Under the pieces are notes generated by a model, which worked only from the letters and a program-made list of their open reading frames with translations, was not told the DNA's origin and did no database searches. The translations under genes were made by a program, and so were the position numbers. A DNA stretch of 64,000 nt from a virus. How positions within the stretch are numbered: the first letter of the stretch is position 1; every line of letters begins with the position of its first letter. Of the stretch, positions 1 to 9,090 are shown piece by piece. The stretch lies in the IMG/VR virus record IMGVR_UViG_3300009156_000026, positions 37,734 to 101,733 of that record. The stretch is one strand, 5' to 3'.

Positions 1-37
1 GCTCTGGCTGCCGCCCAGGCTGAAGCGACGGGTCATC

Positions 38-364
38 GTGCCGGAGGTCGCCCACACCCAGAAGATCATCTACTTCAAGGGGCGGCTCTTCCAGAAGGCG
101 TTCACCTCGAAGGTCGACACCCGCTGGTACGGCAACGTCCGGGTCTGCCACTACAACGTCGACATCGACGAGCCGGGCGCGGACAGCATGACCGTCCGCG
201 ACCACATCCACCTCTGGATCACCGGCAAGCTGGAGCGGGTCTACGGCGGGCGCTTCGTCCACCAGGACTCCGACGAGCGCTACCACACCACCCTGATCGA
301 GGAGTGGCCGCTTTTCCAGCACAACGTCGAGCGCTGGGCCCGCTTCTACCGGCGGGAGATCTGA
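38..364 (+). CDS. hypothetical phage protein (108 aa)
   Basis: GC3-rich ORF with ordinary globular composition directly upstream of the terminase genes; no motif recognised. Confidence 0.7.
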   Translation: MPEVAHTQKIIYFKGRLFQKAFTSKVDTRWYGNVRVCHYNVDIDEPGADSMTVRDHIHLWITGKLERVYGGRFVHQDSDERYHTTLIEEWPLFQHNVERWARFYRREI

Positions 365-415
365 GGTGCCACGGGAGGCGCGCAGCGCAGGGTCCCGTGG
401 TGGGAGGGCACGGTA

Positions 416-1108
416 GTGCCGAAGCCGCAGACGAGGGTGCCGGCGGAGGCGACGGTCGGGAAGAACGGCCGCAAGGTCTGCGGCGGCCTGAAGGCCGACG
501 GCACGCGGTGCCAGGACCCGGCCGTCATGGCGAACGGCCGCTGCCGCCGCCACAAGGGCAAGGCGGCCCGTGGGATCGCCGCCCCCCAGACCATCAGCGG
601 GCGGTACTCCAGAGACCTCCCGACACGGGTGCTGCTGCGGTACGAGTCGGCCCTGGCCGATCCGGAGCTCCTGTCGGTCCGCGATGACATCGCCCTGCTA
701 CAGGGCGCCATCAAGGACATCATGGCCGAGCTCAAGGAGGCCGAGGCCCGCCCGGACCTCGATCAGATCCTCGGGTCGGTCGAGAAGATCTCGGCCGAGT
801 GGCAGTCGTGGGACTGGACGAGGATGAACGGGGAGCTCGCGAAGCTCAAGGAGGCGATCACCTCCCGGGCCTCGCAGCGGCAGGCGATGAAGGAGATCCG
901 CGAGCTCATCCGCGAGAAGTCAGCCCTGGTCGCGCAAGAGAACCGCCTCTTAGCCGATCGGCAGCAGTTGATCACCGTCGAGCAGTACGTGCTCGGCATG
1001 CGCGCCCTGGGGGCCGCTGTCCGACGGCTGGTCAACGACCCCCGCACGCTCCAGGCGATCGACGGCGAGTTCCGACGGCTGGCGTCGGTCCCCGAGAAGG
1101 GCAACTGA
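416..1108 (+). CDS. terS: putative terminase small subunit, HGGxSTG-like Zn-binding N-terminus
   Basis: CGGLKADGTRCQDPAVMANGRCRRHKG matches the C-x8-C-x7-NGRC-x2-HGG pattern of HGGxSTG-domain proteins; helical C-terminus; GGGAGG RBS; immediately upstream of terL. Confidence 0.7.
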   Translation: MPKPQTRVPAEATVGKNGRKVCGGLKADGTRCQDPAVMANGRCRRHKGKAARGIAAPQTISGRYSRDLPTRVLLRYESALADPELLSVRDDIALLQGAIKDIMAELKEAEARPDLDQILGSVEKISAEWQSWDWTRMNGELAKLKEAITSRASQRQAMKEIRELIREKSALVAQENRLLADRQQLITVEQYVLGMRALGAAVRRLVNDPRTLQAIDGEFRRLASVPEKGN

Positions 1109-1145
1109 TGGGTACCCACCAAAACCACCCGCAGGGTACCCGGTT

Positions 1146-3125
1146 TTGGCGGGGTCCCTGATGGTCGCCGCACGACTGCCCTTAGCTCCCGGCCGTGGCC
1201 GTCCACGGACGTCGTTCCGGACGGGCGCCCTGCTCGCTCCGAGCGTCAACCCGCTCGACCTGACCTGGGTCGATCCGGAGCCGATGTCGGCGTTCCAGCA
1301 AGGGCTCGACGCCCTGTGTGGCGAGCTTGAGGTCACCCCCGAGAGCACCGACACCTGGGCGATGGAGGACGACCTCGGGCTGTTCTGTCGAGCGGCGCTG
1401 CCCTTGTTCGTCCCGGGCGAGATCCGCTGGTCCTGGTCGCACGACGCCGTCGTCGACCACCTGACGGCCATCAGCGCCGGCGAGATCACCAACCTGATCG
1501 TGGACCTCCCGCCCAGGTGTTTGAAAAGCAGCATCGTCTCGGTCTGCTGGCCGTGCTGGGAGTGGATCCGCAACCCCTGGCTGCGCTACCTGTTCTCCAG
1601 CTACGACCTCAACCTGACGATCCGCGACAACGACTACGCCCGGCGGGTGATCAAGTCGAAGTGGTACCAGGATCGCTGGGGCGATCGGTACCAGATCTCC
1701 AGCATCACCGACGCCAAGCGCCTGTTTGAGAACGACCAGAACGGCCGTCGGCTCGCCACCTCGGTCAGGTCGCGCGCGACGGGTGAGGGCGGCGATCGGC
1801 TGATCGTGGACGACCCGCACGACGCCCGGAAGGTGGAAAGCGACAGCGAGCGCAAGGAAGTGATCGTCTGGTGGCTGCGGACGATGAGCTCCCGCGTCAA
1901 CTCGATGCAGGCCGCCAAAGTCATCACCGCTCAGCGCACGCATCATGCCGATCTCGTTGGCCACGTCTGGGCCGAGATGCTCGCTGGCGGCGAGTCGTAC
2001 GAGATGTTGGTCTTACCCATGGAGTACGACCCGAGACTGTATGTCCGGGCCGAGGATCTACGGGTAGGCCCAGCTTCTCCGTCCGACCCGGACCAGGACG
2101 ATGATATCCCCTGGGAGCCCACCGACGGGGAGTCAGAAGAAGACCAGGAAGAAGACTCCAGGCCACTCGACGACAACGAGGAGCTCGACACCCAGGGCAA
2201 GCGACGGGCCCTGGTCCTGGCCGACTTCGAGGACGCCCCTTCAGAAGCGCTCGACATCGTGCCGGCCAGGGCGATGCTGATCCCCAGGACCAACGGGCTC
2301 GGGTTTTCCGATCCCCGATCCACCACGGGCGAGCTCCTGGTGCCCGAGCAGTGGGACCACGAGTTCGTCCGCAAGCAGCGGCGGAACCTCGGCCCGATTG
2401 CCTATGCCGCCCAGTATCAGCAGGTCCCGACTCCGGCTGAGGGTGGCCAATTCAAAGAGTCGTACTGGCGCCGCTACAACTTCGGCGTCATGTGGCACCA
2501 GGGCCTGCGGCCCAGCATGATCTTCGTCGACTCGGCCTACGGGACCGAGGGTGGCGACCCGACCGGGGTGGCCGTGTGGGGCGAGCTTGGCGGGCGCCTG
2601 TACGTGCTGGCCGCAGCCGAGCTTGAGCTTGAGACGCCCGAGCTCCGCGCCCGCCTGCGAGACCTCCACGCCCGCTGGCGGGTGCCCTTCATGGTCGAGC
2701 AGAAGGCCAACGGGATCGCCTTGACCCAGGACTTACGTCGAGGCGGCGACGACGAGACCCTGCCCAGCTTGCCCGTCATGGAGTACCGCCCGGACGGGAT
2801 GAGCAAGGAAGCGCGGGCGCTGTCGGTCGTCCCGTACGTCGCCGGCGGCTTGTGCTACCTGCCGGAAGGTGCCGACTGGGTGGACAGGTTCATCACCCAG
2901 CACAAGGAGTTCCCGAAGGGCAGGAATGACGACTTGGTGGACACCACCGCGATGGCGATCTGCTGGTTAGCGTTGAGAACCGACGACATCCGCGAGTGGC
3001 TTGGACGGCCAGTCAAGGCGCCCTACGGAGCCGCCGCCTCGGGTGGGGCCGGCCTTGTCGGGGGCCTCGCTGGCGGCGCCCGGGCCGTGCCGGCCGGAGT
3101 CGGCCGCCCGTACTGGCAGCGCTGA
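1146..3125 (+). CDS. terL: terminase large subunit (start codon uncertain; 1161 or later possible)
   Basis: Walker A-like VDLPPRCLKS, Walker B GEGGDRLIVDDPHD, YAAQYQQVP, RNase H-like nuclease motifs IFVDSAY, FMVEQKANG and FPKGRNDDLVDTTA. Confidence 0.95.
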   Translation: MAGSLMVAARLPLAPGRGRPRTSFRTGALLAPSVNPLDLTWVDPEPMSAFQQGLDALCGELEVTPESTDTWAMEDDLGLFCRAALPLFVPGEIRWSWSHDAVVDHLTAISAGEITNLIVDLPPRCLKSSIVSVCWPCWEWIRNPWLRYLFSSYDLNLTIRDNDYARRVIKSKWYQDRWGDRYQISSITDAKRLFENDQNGRRLATSVRSRATGEGGDRLIVDDPHDARKVESDSERKEVIVWWLRTMSSRVNSMQAAKVITAQRTHHADLVGHVWAEMLAGGESYEMLVLPMEYDPRLYVRAEDLRVGPASPSDPDQDDDIPWEPTDGESEEDQEEDSRPLDDNEELDTQGKRRALVLADFEDAPSEALDIVPARAMLIPRTNGLGFSDPRSTTGELLVPEQWDHEFVRKQRRNLGPIAYAAQYQQVPTPAEGGQFKESYWRRYNFGVMWHQGLRPSMIFVDSAYGTEGGDPTGVAVWGELGGRLYVLAAAELELETPELRARLRDLHARWRVPFMVEQKANGIALTQDLRRGGDDETLPSLPVMEYRPDGMSKEARALSVVPYVAGGLCYLPEGADWVDRFITQHKEFPKGRNDDLVDTTAMAICWLALRTDDIREWLGRPVKAPYGAAASGGAGLVGGLAGGARAVPAGVGRPYWQR

Positions 3126-3162
3126 GCATGACATCTGATGCTGGCATGACATCTGATGCTGG
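3126..3162 (+). repeat. perfect 18-bp tandem duplication containing the start codon
   Basis: CATGACATCTGATGCTGG at 3127-3144 and 3145-3162, giving MTSDAG-MTSDAG. Confidence 0.95.
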
Positions 3163-3505
3163 ATGGGAAGAGACGATCGTGCTCGACGTAACACCCCTCG
3201 ACGATGCCGCAGCACCTCCGGCGGAGCCGCAGCCGCAGCCGCTGTCACTCCTGGATGCCTGCCTGCGGCTGGCGCCCGTGATGCGCCACACCGGGCTGTC
3301 GTATGCCGCGACCGCCGATCGGATGGCGGCGTACAGCAACGAGCCGTACCTGCAACCGTACGCGTTCATGTCGAACCACATCATCGCCTTCCTACGGGCG
3401 CTCGCTGCGACCGAGCAGGCGAGAGAGGACCAGCAGGCGGTGCTGGAGGCTCGGGTGCCGAGCCCGCGTCCGAGCTACGGCCCGAAGCTGCGGGAGGTGG
3501 GCTGA
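3128..3505 (+). CDS. hypothetical protein (~125 aa)
   Basis: ATG at 3128 just after the terL stop, in frame with track ORF 2996-3505; TGA overlaps the next ATG (TGATG coupling). Confidence 0.65.
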   Translation: MTSDAGMTSDAGWEETIVLDVTPLDDAAAPPAEPQPQPLSLLDACLRLAPVMRHTGLSYAATADRMAAYSNEPYLQPYAFMSNHIIAFLRALAATEQAREDQQAVLEARVPSPRPSYGPKLREVG

Positions 3506-3744
3506 TGGGCGATCAAGTCTCCCTGCCGGCCTGGAAGAAGAGCAAGGCCGTGGCCGGCGCGATGATGCTGCTGAAGGGGTACGCCGAGCCCGTCACGATC
3601 TGCGACCACTGCGGGCGGGCCCTGGAACGGGCCAGCGGGCTGATCGACGTCGAGTTCTCGGGACAGCAGGCCCGCTACCCGTGCCCGCACTGCGGCGGCA
3701 CGAGCGTCAGAGACCTCAAGGCTCCGGGAGCGGCCCGTGGCTGA
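3505..3744 (+). CDS. small zinc-ribbon protein (79 aa)
   Basis: CDHC...CPHC pair; ATG overlaps the upstream stop. Confidence 0.75.
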   Translation: MGDQVSLPAWKKSKAVAGAMMLLKGYAEPVTICDHCGRALERASGLIDVEFSGQQARYPCPHCGGTSVRDLKAPGAARG

Positions 3745-4255
3745 CCTGGGCGGCGAGCGGATCGTGGCCGACCCCCGACGAGCGTATCGGGAGCGCAAGC
3801 AGGCCCTGGCCGAGGGCTACCCAGCGGTGGGTACCCGGCTGGGGGACCGTCCACCCGGCCTGTTCGACGACTCGCCCGGGATCAGGCGCCGTCCGTTGCG
3901 GGCGATCCGTGAGCTCGCGCCAGAGCCCGAGGGTCCCGATCCGTACCGCGACGCACTGCGCCTGCAAGTCCGCCCCGGTAAGCGCCGGAACGGCCGAGCT
4001 CGGGTGCGGGTCTACCACCTGTTGCCGGGCTACGCCCCGACCGACCGGGACGGTCTCTGCTGGGCGTTCACGATCAGCCGAGCCGCCTGGGAGCGGCTCC
4101 AGACCGAGCGCGTGCTCGACTCCGAGGGCGCGGTCTACCCCGACGGGCGGCCGTGCGTGCCGCCGGATCTTGAACCCTTAGACGTACCGATCCAGTGTGG
4201 ATCGTGCGGCACAACTTCGGTAGAGTGCCTACAGATTCAGTTCTATGAAGAGTAG
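3737..4255 (+). CDS. hypothetical protein with C-terminal CxxC (172 aa)
   Basis: Overlapping-start operon arrangement, GC3-rich codons, CGSC near the C-terminus. Confidence 0.7.
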   Translation: MADLGGERIVADPRRAYRERKQALAEGYPAVGTRLGDRPPGLFDDSPGIRRRPLRAIRELAPEPEGPDPYRDALRLQVRPGKRRNGRARVRVYHLLPGYAPTDRDGLCWAFTISRAAWERLQTERVLDSEGAVYPDGRPCVPPDLEPLDVPIQCGSCGTTSVECLQIQFYEE

Positions 4256-4351
4256 AGCCTGAGATCCAGGCGAAGACCAGTTGTCATAACGGGCTGATCG
4301 GGCGAGGTTTCCAGCCTCTGGGGAGGGGCGCGGACGGAGCCCACGGCCCCT

Positions 4352-7300
4352 ATGCAGACCATCACCCCGGTGGCGGGCCCGGGCTCCAACCCGCTGCAAC
4401 CGTACCGCACCACCAGGATCAGAAAAGGGCGGGTCACCCAGCAGCAGATCTACGACATCTGGGAAGGCAACGCTCCCGCGTGGCAGGCCAACTACTGGGA
4501 GCGGCTCGACGACACTCTCCACCACCTCTTAGGGGGCACCAGATTCATCCTGCCGGATGAGTTCCTGGAGGGGGTCGAGGGAAGAGAGCATATGGTCGTG
4601 ATCTTCCCGCAGAAGATCACGACCCCGCTCAAGATCGTCAACCTGATCGGCAACAAGCGGCCGAAGACGAAGCGGTACGCGGTCGGCCTTGCGATGTCCC
4701 AGGCGGGGATCGCGACCGACGTCGACACCTGGACCAACGCCTGCCTCGAAGCCGACATCGACGGGGCGCCCCTGGTCAACTACCGGGAGCTCGTCGGGCG
4801 GTGCTTCCTCGAAGGCGCCGTGGTCGTCAAGTGCCTGTCATCTGACGCCCACTGGCGGGTCAGCCCCTCCTGGCTCGACATCATCGACGAGGAGGAGTAC
4901 GAGGAGCTCTCGTCCCGTCGGCGCCGCCGCTACAAGCCGGAAGAGGACGTCCTGTTCTCGGACGACGAGATCGACGAGATCGAGCAGGGCTGGACCTCCG
5001 AGGCCAAGCGGATGAACCGTGGCGGGGCCAAGCGGTACATCCACGTCGACCGTGACGGCGTGCCGGTCCCGAAGCGGCGCTTCCACCGCGACGCCAAGGG
5101 ACGGACCCGAGACCACCCCTACTGGTCGGTCCCCAGGAAGGACAAGGACGGCGAGCCGATCAAGTTCACGGAGGACCGATCGGCCTCACGGAAGGCGTAC
5201 CAGGAGGAGCAGCGCGAATGGCTGGCCAAGCGCCTGCCATTCGAGGTCGAGATCATTAGTGCGCGACATTGCATCCCACTGATGGATGACAATGAGCGTA
5301 TCGAAGCGATCCTGGTGATGCGCGAGTACGACGCCATCGAGGCGATCGGAAAAGACCTCGTCTGGGGCAACGACCAGGATATGCTGATCCCGTCCACGGC
5401 CGACGAGGGCGGCCCGATCGTCGTCTACGAGCTCTGGCATACCGACGAACGGATGCGTCCGTACGTCGCCTACTTCGTAGATGGGTACACCTGGACCGGG
5501 TTCGAGCGGCCCCAGATCGGCGCGACCGAGCCGCCGACCCAGTCGGACTTCATGCCGGGGGCTGCCGAGTCGGACGACGACACCGCGAGCTCGTCGCGGA
5601 TCGTGGATGCCGTGATCGACCTCCAGAAGGAGTACGGCTGCTCGACCCTGCCGATCCGCTGGTTCTGGGGCTTGCACCTCCCGATCGACGACGTCACCCG
5701 TAAGGCGATCCCGTTCCTCTGGCCCGTCTTGTCCTCGATCAACGCCGCCGAAGGCATCGCCACCGCGATGCATATTTACACCTGGCGAAACGCATTCGCA
5801 GGTTCGTTCATCCAGTTGGACCCCCAGATCCTGGAGCGGTACGGGAGCCTGTTCGCCAAGAACGGCGACCTGTTCCGTTTCTCGTTGGGTCCGATGGAGA
5901 ACGTGGTCGTCCCTGGGCGACCCCAGATTGCCGCTGCGCCCGATCCCGGTGCGGGTGCGCAGCAGCTTCTCCAGCTTCTGCTCCAGGCGTCCGCTGCGAT
6001 GTCGCCGTCGGACGCGGTCTTCGGCGGCGGCGGCTCCGCATCGGGCCACGACCGCGCCCTCTCGAAGGAGTACATGGAGGTCGCGCTCTCCCAGGTCCTG
6101 GAGTCGGCCCGCCTCGCCATCAAGTTCATTGCGGAGCGGATGCTGGAGTACGCGGTCTGGATCGCAGAGAAAACCGGCCGCTGCGTGCCGGTCTATGCGA
6201 ACACCCCGATCTCCCAGGTGACCACCCGGGTCGGGGAGACCACCACCGACATCATCGAGCTCAAGCCCTCCTGGCTCAAGACCAACCAGCAGGTCCATTG
6301 CTACTTCGAGAACGACGACGCCGACGAGCTCAAGCGTCAGCAGCTTGCACAACAGCACCTCCAGGGGCTGGTCCCGTGGGACCAGTACCGCGAGGAAGCC
6401 TGGAACGACCCGGCCCCCGACGTGACCCTCGTCAAGATTTTCAACGACCAGACCGCCCGCACCCCGGAGGGTCGCGAGGACGTGCTGGAGTTCGCCAAGG
6501 GCCTCAGAAGCGACGAGCAGGACCAGCAGAAGGAGAAGCTGGTCAAGCAGGGGCTCCTCTCCCCCGACGGCTTGCCGACCAAGGCCAGGGTCCCGTTCAC
6601 GCCGAAGCGCCTGCTGGGTCCGGCCGAGGGGGAGACGTCTCCGCCCAATGGGGCCGGGCTCGACGGTCTCGCCGCCATGATCGCGGCGGGTGCCGGCGGT
6701 CCAGCGCCCCCGGGTGGGGCTGTCCCTGGCCAGCGCGGCCCGGGGGCCGGGATGGGGATGCTGCCGCCCGGCGTCACCCCGCCCCCAGGTGTCCCGCCCG
6801 AGCTCATGGCGAGGCACATGCAACTCGACGCCAGCCACGCAGCGGCCCGCGCGGCGGCAGCGCCAACCGGGCCACTCGGCCCGATCGGGGGCCCGGCGAA
6901 CCCCGGTGGCCTCGGTCCTCCAGGCGGCGGCCCGCCAGGGATGCCACCCGGGATGCCGCCAGGGATGCCCCCTGGCATGGGTCCCGGAGGACCCGTTGGG
7001 ATGGGGCCTGCGGCCGGGCCACCCATCGCGCCGGAGCTCCTGGCGGCCCTGCGGGCCACCCGTCCAGGGCTCGACAGAACGCAGGGTCTGCCGCCCGGCC
7101 AGGAAGGCGCCATGGACCAGGAGCGGTACCCCCAGAAGGGGGCGGCTGCTCCCAACCTGCCGGGCATGCAGGGCTCGAAGCTCGGCAAGGCCAGTTCGGT
7201 CGACTCCCAGGCTGGCGGCGTGATCGCGGCGCAGTTGCGAAAGGCCGCAAAAGCCTACCACTCCAAGCGGCGGGGCCCGGCCGTCCCGAGCGGGTTGTGA
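4352..7300 (+). CDS. putative portal (head-tail connector) protein with long Pro/Gly-rich C-terminal extension
   Basis: 982-aa ORF, first large gene after terL, about 750 aa of mixed alpha/beta sequence followed by a disordered tail. Function is inferred from size and position, not from a motif. Confidence 0.6.
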   Translation: MQTITPVAGPGSNPLQPYRTTRIRKGRVTQQQIYDIWEGNAPAWQANYWERLDDTLHHLLGGTRFILPDEFLEGVEGREHMVVIFPQKITTPLKIVNLIGNKRPKTKRYAVGLAMSQAGIATDVDTWTNACLEADIDGAPLVNYRELVGRCFLEGAVVVKCLSSDAHWRVSPSWLDIIDEEEYEELSSRRRRRYKPEEDVLFSDDEIDEIEQGWTSEAKRMNRGGAKRYIHVDRDGVPVPKRRFHRDAKGRTRDHPYWSVPRKDKDGEPIKFTEDRSASRKAYQEEQREWLAKRLPFEVEIISARHCIPLMDDNERIEAILVMREYDAIEAIGKDLVWGNDQDMLIPSTADEGGPIVVYELWHTDERMRPYVAYFVDGYTWTGFERPQIGATEPPTQSDFMPGAAESDDDTASSSRIVDAVIDLQKEYGCSTLPIRWFWGLHLPIDDVTRKAIPFLWPVLSSINAAEGIATAMHIYTWRNAFAGSFIQLDPQILERYGSLFAKNGDLFRFSLGPMENVVVPGRPQIAAAPDPGAGAQQLLQLLLQASAAMSPSDAVFGGGGSASGHDRALSKEYMEVALSQVLESARLAIKFIAERMLEYAVWIAEKTGRCVPVYANTPISQVTTRVGETTTDIIELKPSWLKTNQQVHCYFENDDADELKRQQLAQQHLQGLVPWDQYREEAWNDPAPDVTLVKIFNDQTARTPEGREDVLEFAKGLRSDEQDQQKEKLVKQGLLSPDGLPTKARVPFTPKRLLGPAEGETSPPNGAGLDGLAAMIAAGAGGPAPPGGAVPGQRGPGAGMGMLPPGVTPPPGVPPELMARHMQLDASHAAARAAAAPTGPLGPIGGPANPGGLGPPGGGPPGMPPGMPPGMPPGMGPGGPVGMGPAAGPPIAPELLAALRATRPGLDRTQGLPPGQEGAMDQERYPQKGAAAPNLPGMQGSKLGKASSVDSQAGGVIAAQLRKAAKAYHSKRRGPAVPSGL

Positions 7301-7303
7301 CCG

Positions 7304-7807
7304 ATGGTCTTCTCCGGCTTCGCCTCACCGTCCGCCCTCGCTCGAAGAGAGATCCTCGGCTACGCCGCCAAGGAAGCGGCCCAGTTCGGCACCACCGTCC
7401 GTGGCGTCGTCGACACTTTCTTCGCGGGCAAGCCGCGCCCGGGGCTGCTCGCGTTCCTGGAGCGGATGCAGGCCGTCTCGGGGCTGCCGCCGGCCGAGAC
7501 GATGGCGCTGGTCTCGCGCTACTGGGACCCCGAGGAGATCGAGCCGGCCGACCTGCTGGTGGTCCTGGAGCAGCTTGTCGCGACCAACGCCCTGCCGACG
7601 CCCGAGCAGGCCCGCGAGCTCGTCGAAGCCTCGCAGCGGCTCTCACGGAGATCCCGCACCCACGCCCGCCTCGTCAAGGCCGCCCAGGCGGCGCACGACG
7701 CCGAGGTGGCGCTCACCTCGACTGATCCGCCACCCCTGCCGCCGCCGACCCAGCACGCCGTCCGCGCTCGATCTGTCCAGCGCTACTCCGGCCTGAGGGC
7801 ACGCTGA
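7304..7807 (+). CDS. hypothetical helical protein (167 aa)
   Basis: Follows the portal stop by 3 nt; TGATG-coupled to the next gene. Confidence 0.75.
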   Translation: MVFSGFASPSALARREILGYAAKEAAQFGTTVRGVVDTFFAGKPRPGLLAFLERMQAVSGLPPAETMALVSRYWDPEEIEPADLLVVLEQLVATNALPTPEQARELVEASQRLSRRSRTHARLVKAAQAAHDAEVALTSTDPPPLPPPTQHAVRARSVQRYSGLRAR

Positions 7808-8748
7808 TGAGCGTCGGCGGGCTGCCAGAAGCGCTCCCCTCGTCGGTGGTCCGTGGGCTGGTGGACCGGCTGATCACGCCCGTGGGTCAGCCACCCACCA
7901 GCCCACCGGGTCCAGGTCCCGTCCCAGGCACCGAGCCCGGAGGGCCCGTCGGTGGGCCACCCGCTGGTGGGCCTCCCCCAGGGCCCCCGCCGGGCGGGCC
8001 GCCGCCGGGTCCTCCGCCCGAGAACCCGCAGCAGTCGGGCGGTCCCGAGAAGCCGGCCACGGGCCCGGGTGAGCAGCCCTCTGACGGCCTCGACGACGAT
8101 CAGGCCGAGGCGATGCAGTTGCTGCTGGCCGACCCGAAGGTCAGGCAGCAGGTCGCGGATCTGGCCAAGCGGGCCTCAGGCGAGGACAAGGGCAAGCCGA
8201 AGTCGCAGATGGACCCGAACCGTCGGCTGATGCTGGCGCAGGGCTGGAACAGCTACGTCGGGTCGCTGGCGCTCCAGATGAACGCCGCCCGCTCCCAGAG
8301 CCCGGGCGCCTCGAAGGCGTCGGACGAGAACCTGCTGCTGGTCTACTGGATGACGCCGATCGCGCCCTGGTCGGACGACGAGGAGCCGTTCCCGATCCCG
8401 CTCTCTGACATCGACGAGTACGCCGATGCGGTCCGCGTCCAACTCGTCAGGCAGGGCTGGACCGACGTCGACAAGATCGAGGACCAGACCACCAGAGAGT
8501 GCTTCCCGCTCCGCGAGACCCTAATCAAGAGCGGGCGCGACTGGGCCGATCAGGTCGACTTCACCGACCAGATGGTCGAGCTCACCGACAGGTGGCTGCG
8601 TCGGTACGGGAAGCTGCCCGAGCCCGACCTGACGGTGCTGGCCCGCACCCGCCAGGGCCGAGGTGATCCCGAATCGCAGGCCCGGGACACCGATAGCTCG
8701 CCGTACCCGCCGGGTGGGGTGCCCAGTCCGAACCTCGGGATGCCGTAG
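7807..8748 (+). CDS. hypothetical protein, Pro-rich N-terminus plus globular C-terminal domain (313 aa)
   Basis: Translationally coupled ORF; GC3-rich codons. Confidence 0.75.
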   Translation: MSVGGLPEALPSSVVRGLVDRLITPVGQPPTSPPGPGPVPGTEPGGPVGGPPAGGPPPGPPPGGPPPGPPPENPQQSGGPEKPATGPGEQPSDGLDDDQAEAMQLLLADPKVRQQVADLAKRASGEDKGKPKSQMDPNRRLMLAQGWNSYVGSLALQMNAARSQSPGASKASDENLLLVYWMTPIAPWSDDEEPFPIPLSDIDEYADAVRVQLVRQGWTDVDKIEDQTTRECFPLRETLIKSGRDWADQVDFTDQMVELTDRWLRRYGKLPEPDLTVLARTRQGRGDPESQARDTDSSPYPPGGVPSPNLGMP

Positions 8749-8972
8749 CTGGGATCTCAGGCTCGGACAAGGCAAAGCCCCCGTCGTCGGCGTCCCGAAT
8801 ACCCGTGCGACAGGGGCCTTACCACACCCCCTCAGGCCGGAGACCCATCCAGCCGTGCAAGCCACGCATGAGCGCGAGACAGGTGAGGTCATTCCGACTG
8901 TACCTGACCGTTTCCGCTGCGTCAAGGATCGCAGCCGCTGCTGCGCGCCACGACCATCGCTGCGGTCCCGCA

Positions 8973-8992
8973 TTTGTGGCGGTAGCTTGTCG
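8973..8992 (+). promoter_or_regulatory. conserved intergenic 20-mer, copy 1 (candidate late promoter or regulator site)
   Basis: TTTGTGGCGGTAGCTTGTCG identical to 46137-46156; contains the TAnnnT hexamer TAGCTT; about 100 nt upstream of the ATG at 9091. Confidence 0.5.
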
Positions 8993-9090
8993 ATTTCGTC
9001 TCGTGCAAGGTCACCCCTAGCGGGTCCCCAGGCAGGTCCAGGCTCCGCCTGACCAGACCTGCCTGGGAGCCCTAGCGGAGGGCCGGCGCG

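Noticed and set aside
2050-2290. Possible intein in TerL
   Set aside because: No N-terminal Cys/Ser or C-terminal His-Asn splice motifs, and too short and acidic.
8805-9020. 71-aa ORF in the intergenic gap before 9091
   Set aside because: No clear RBS, atypical codon usage, and it overlaps hairpins and the conserved 20-mer.
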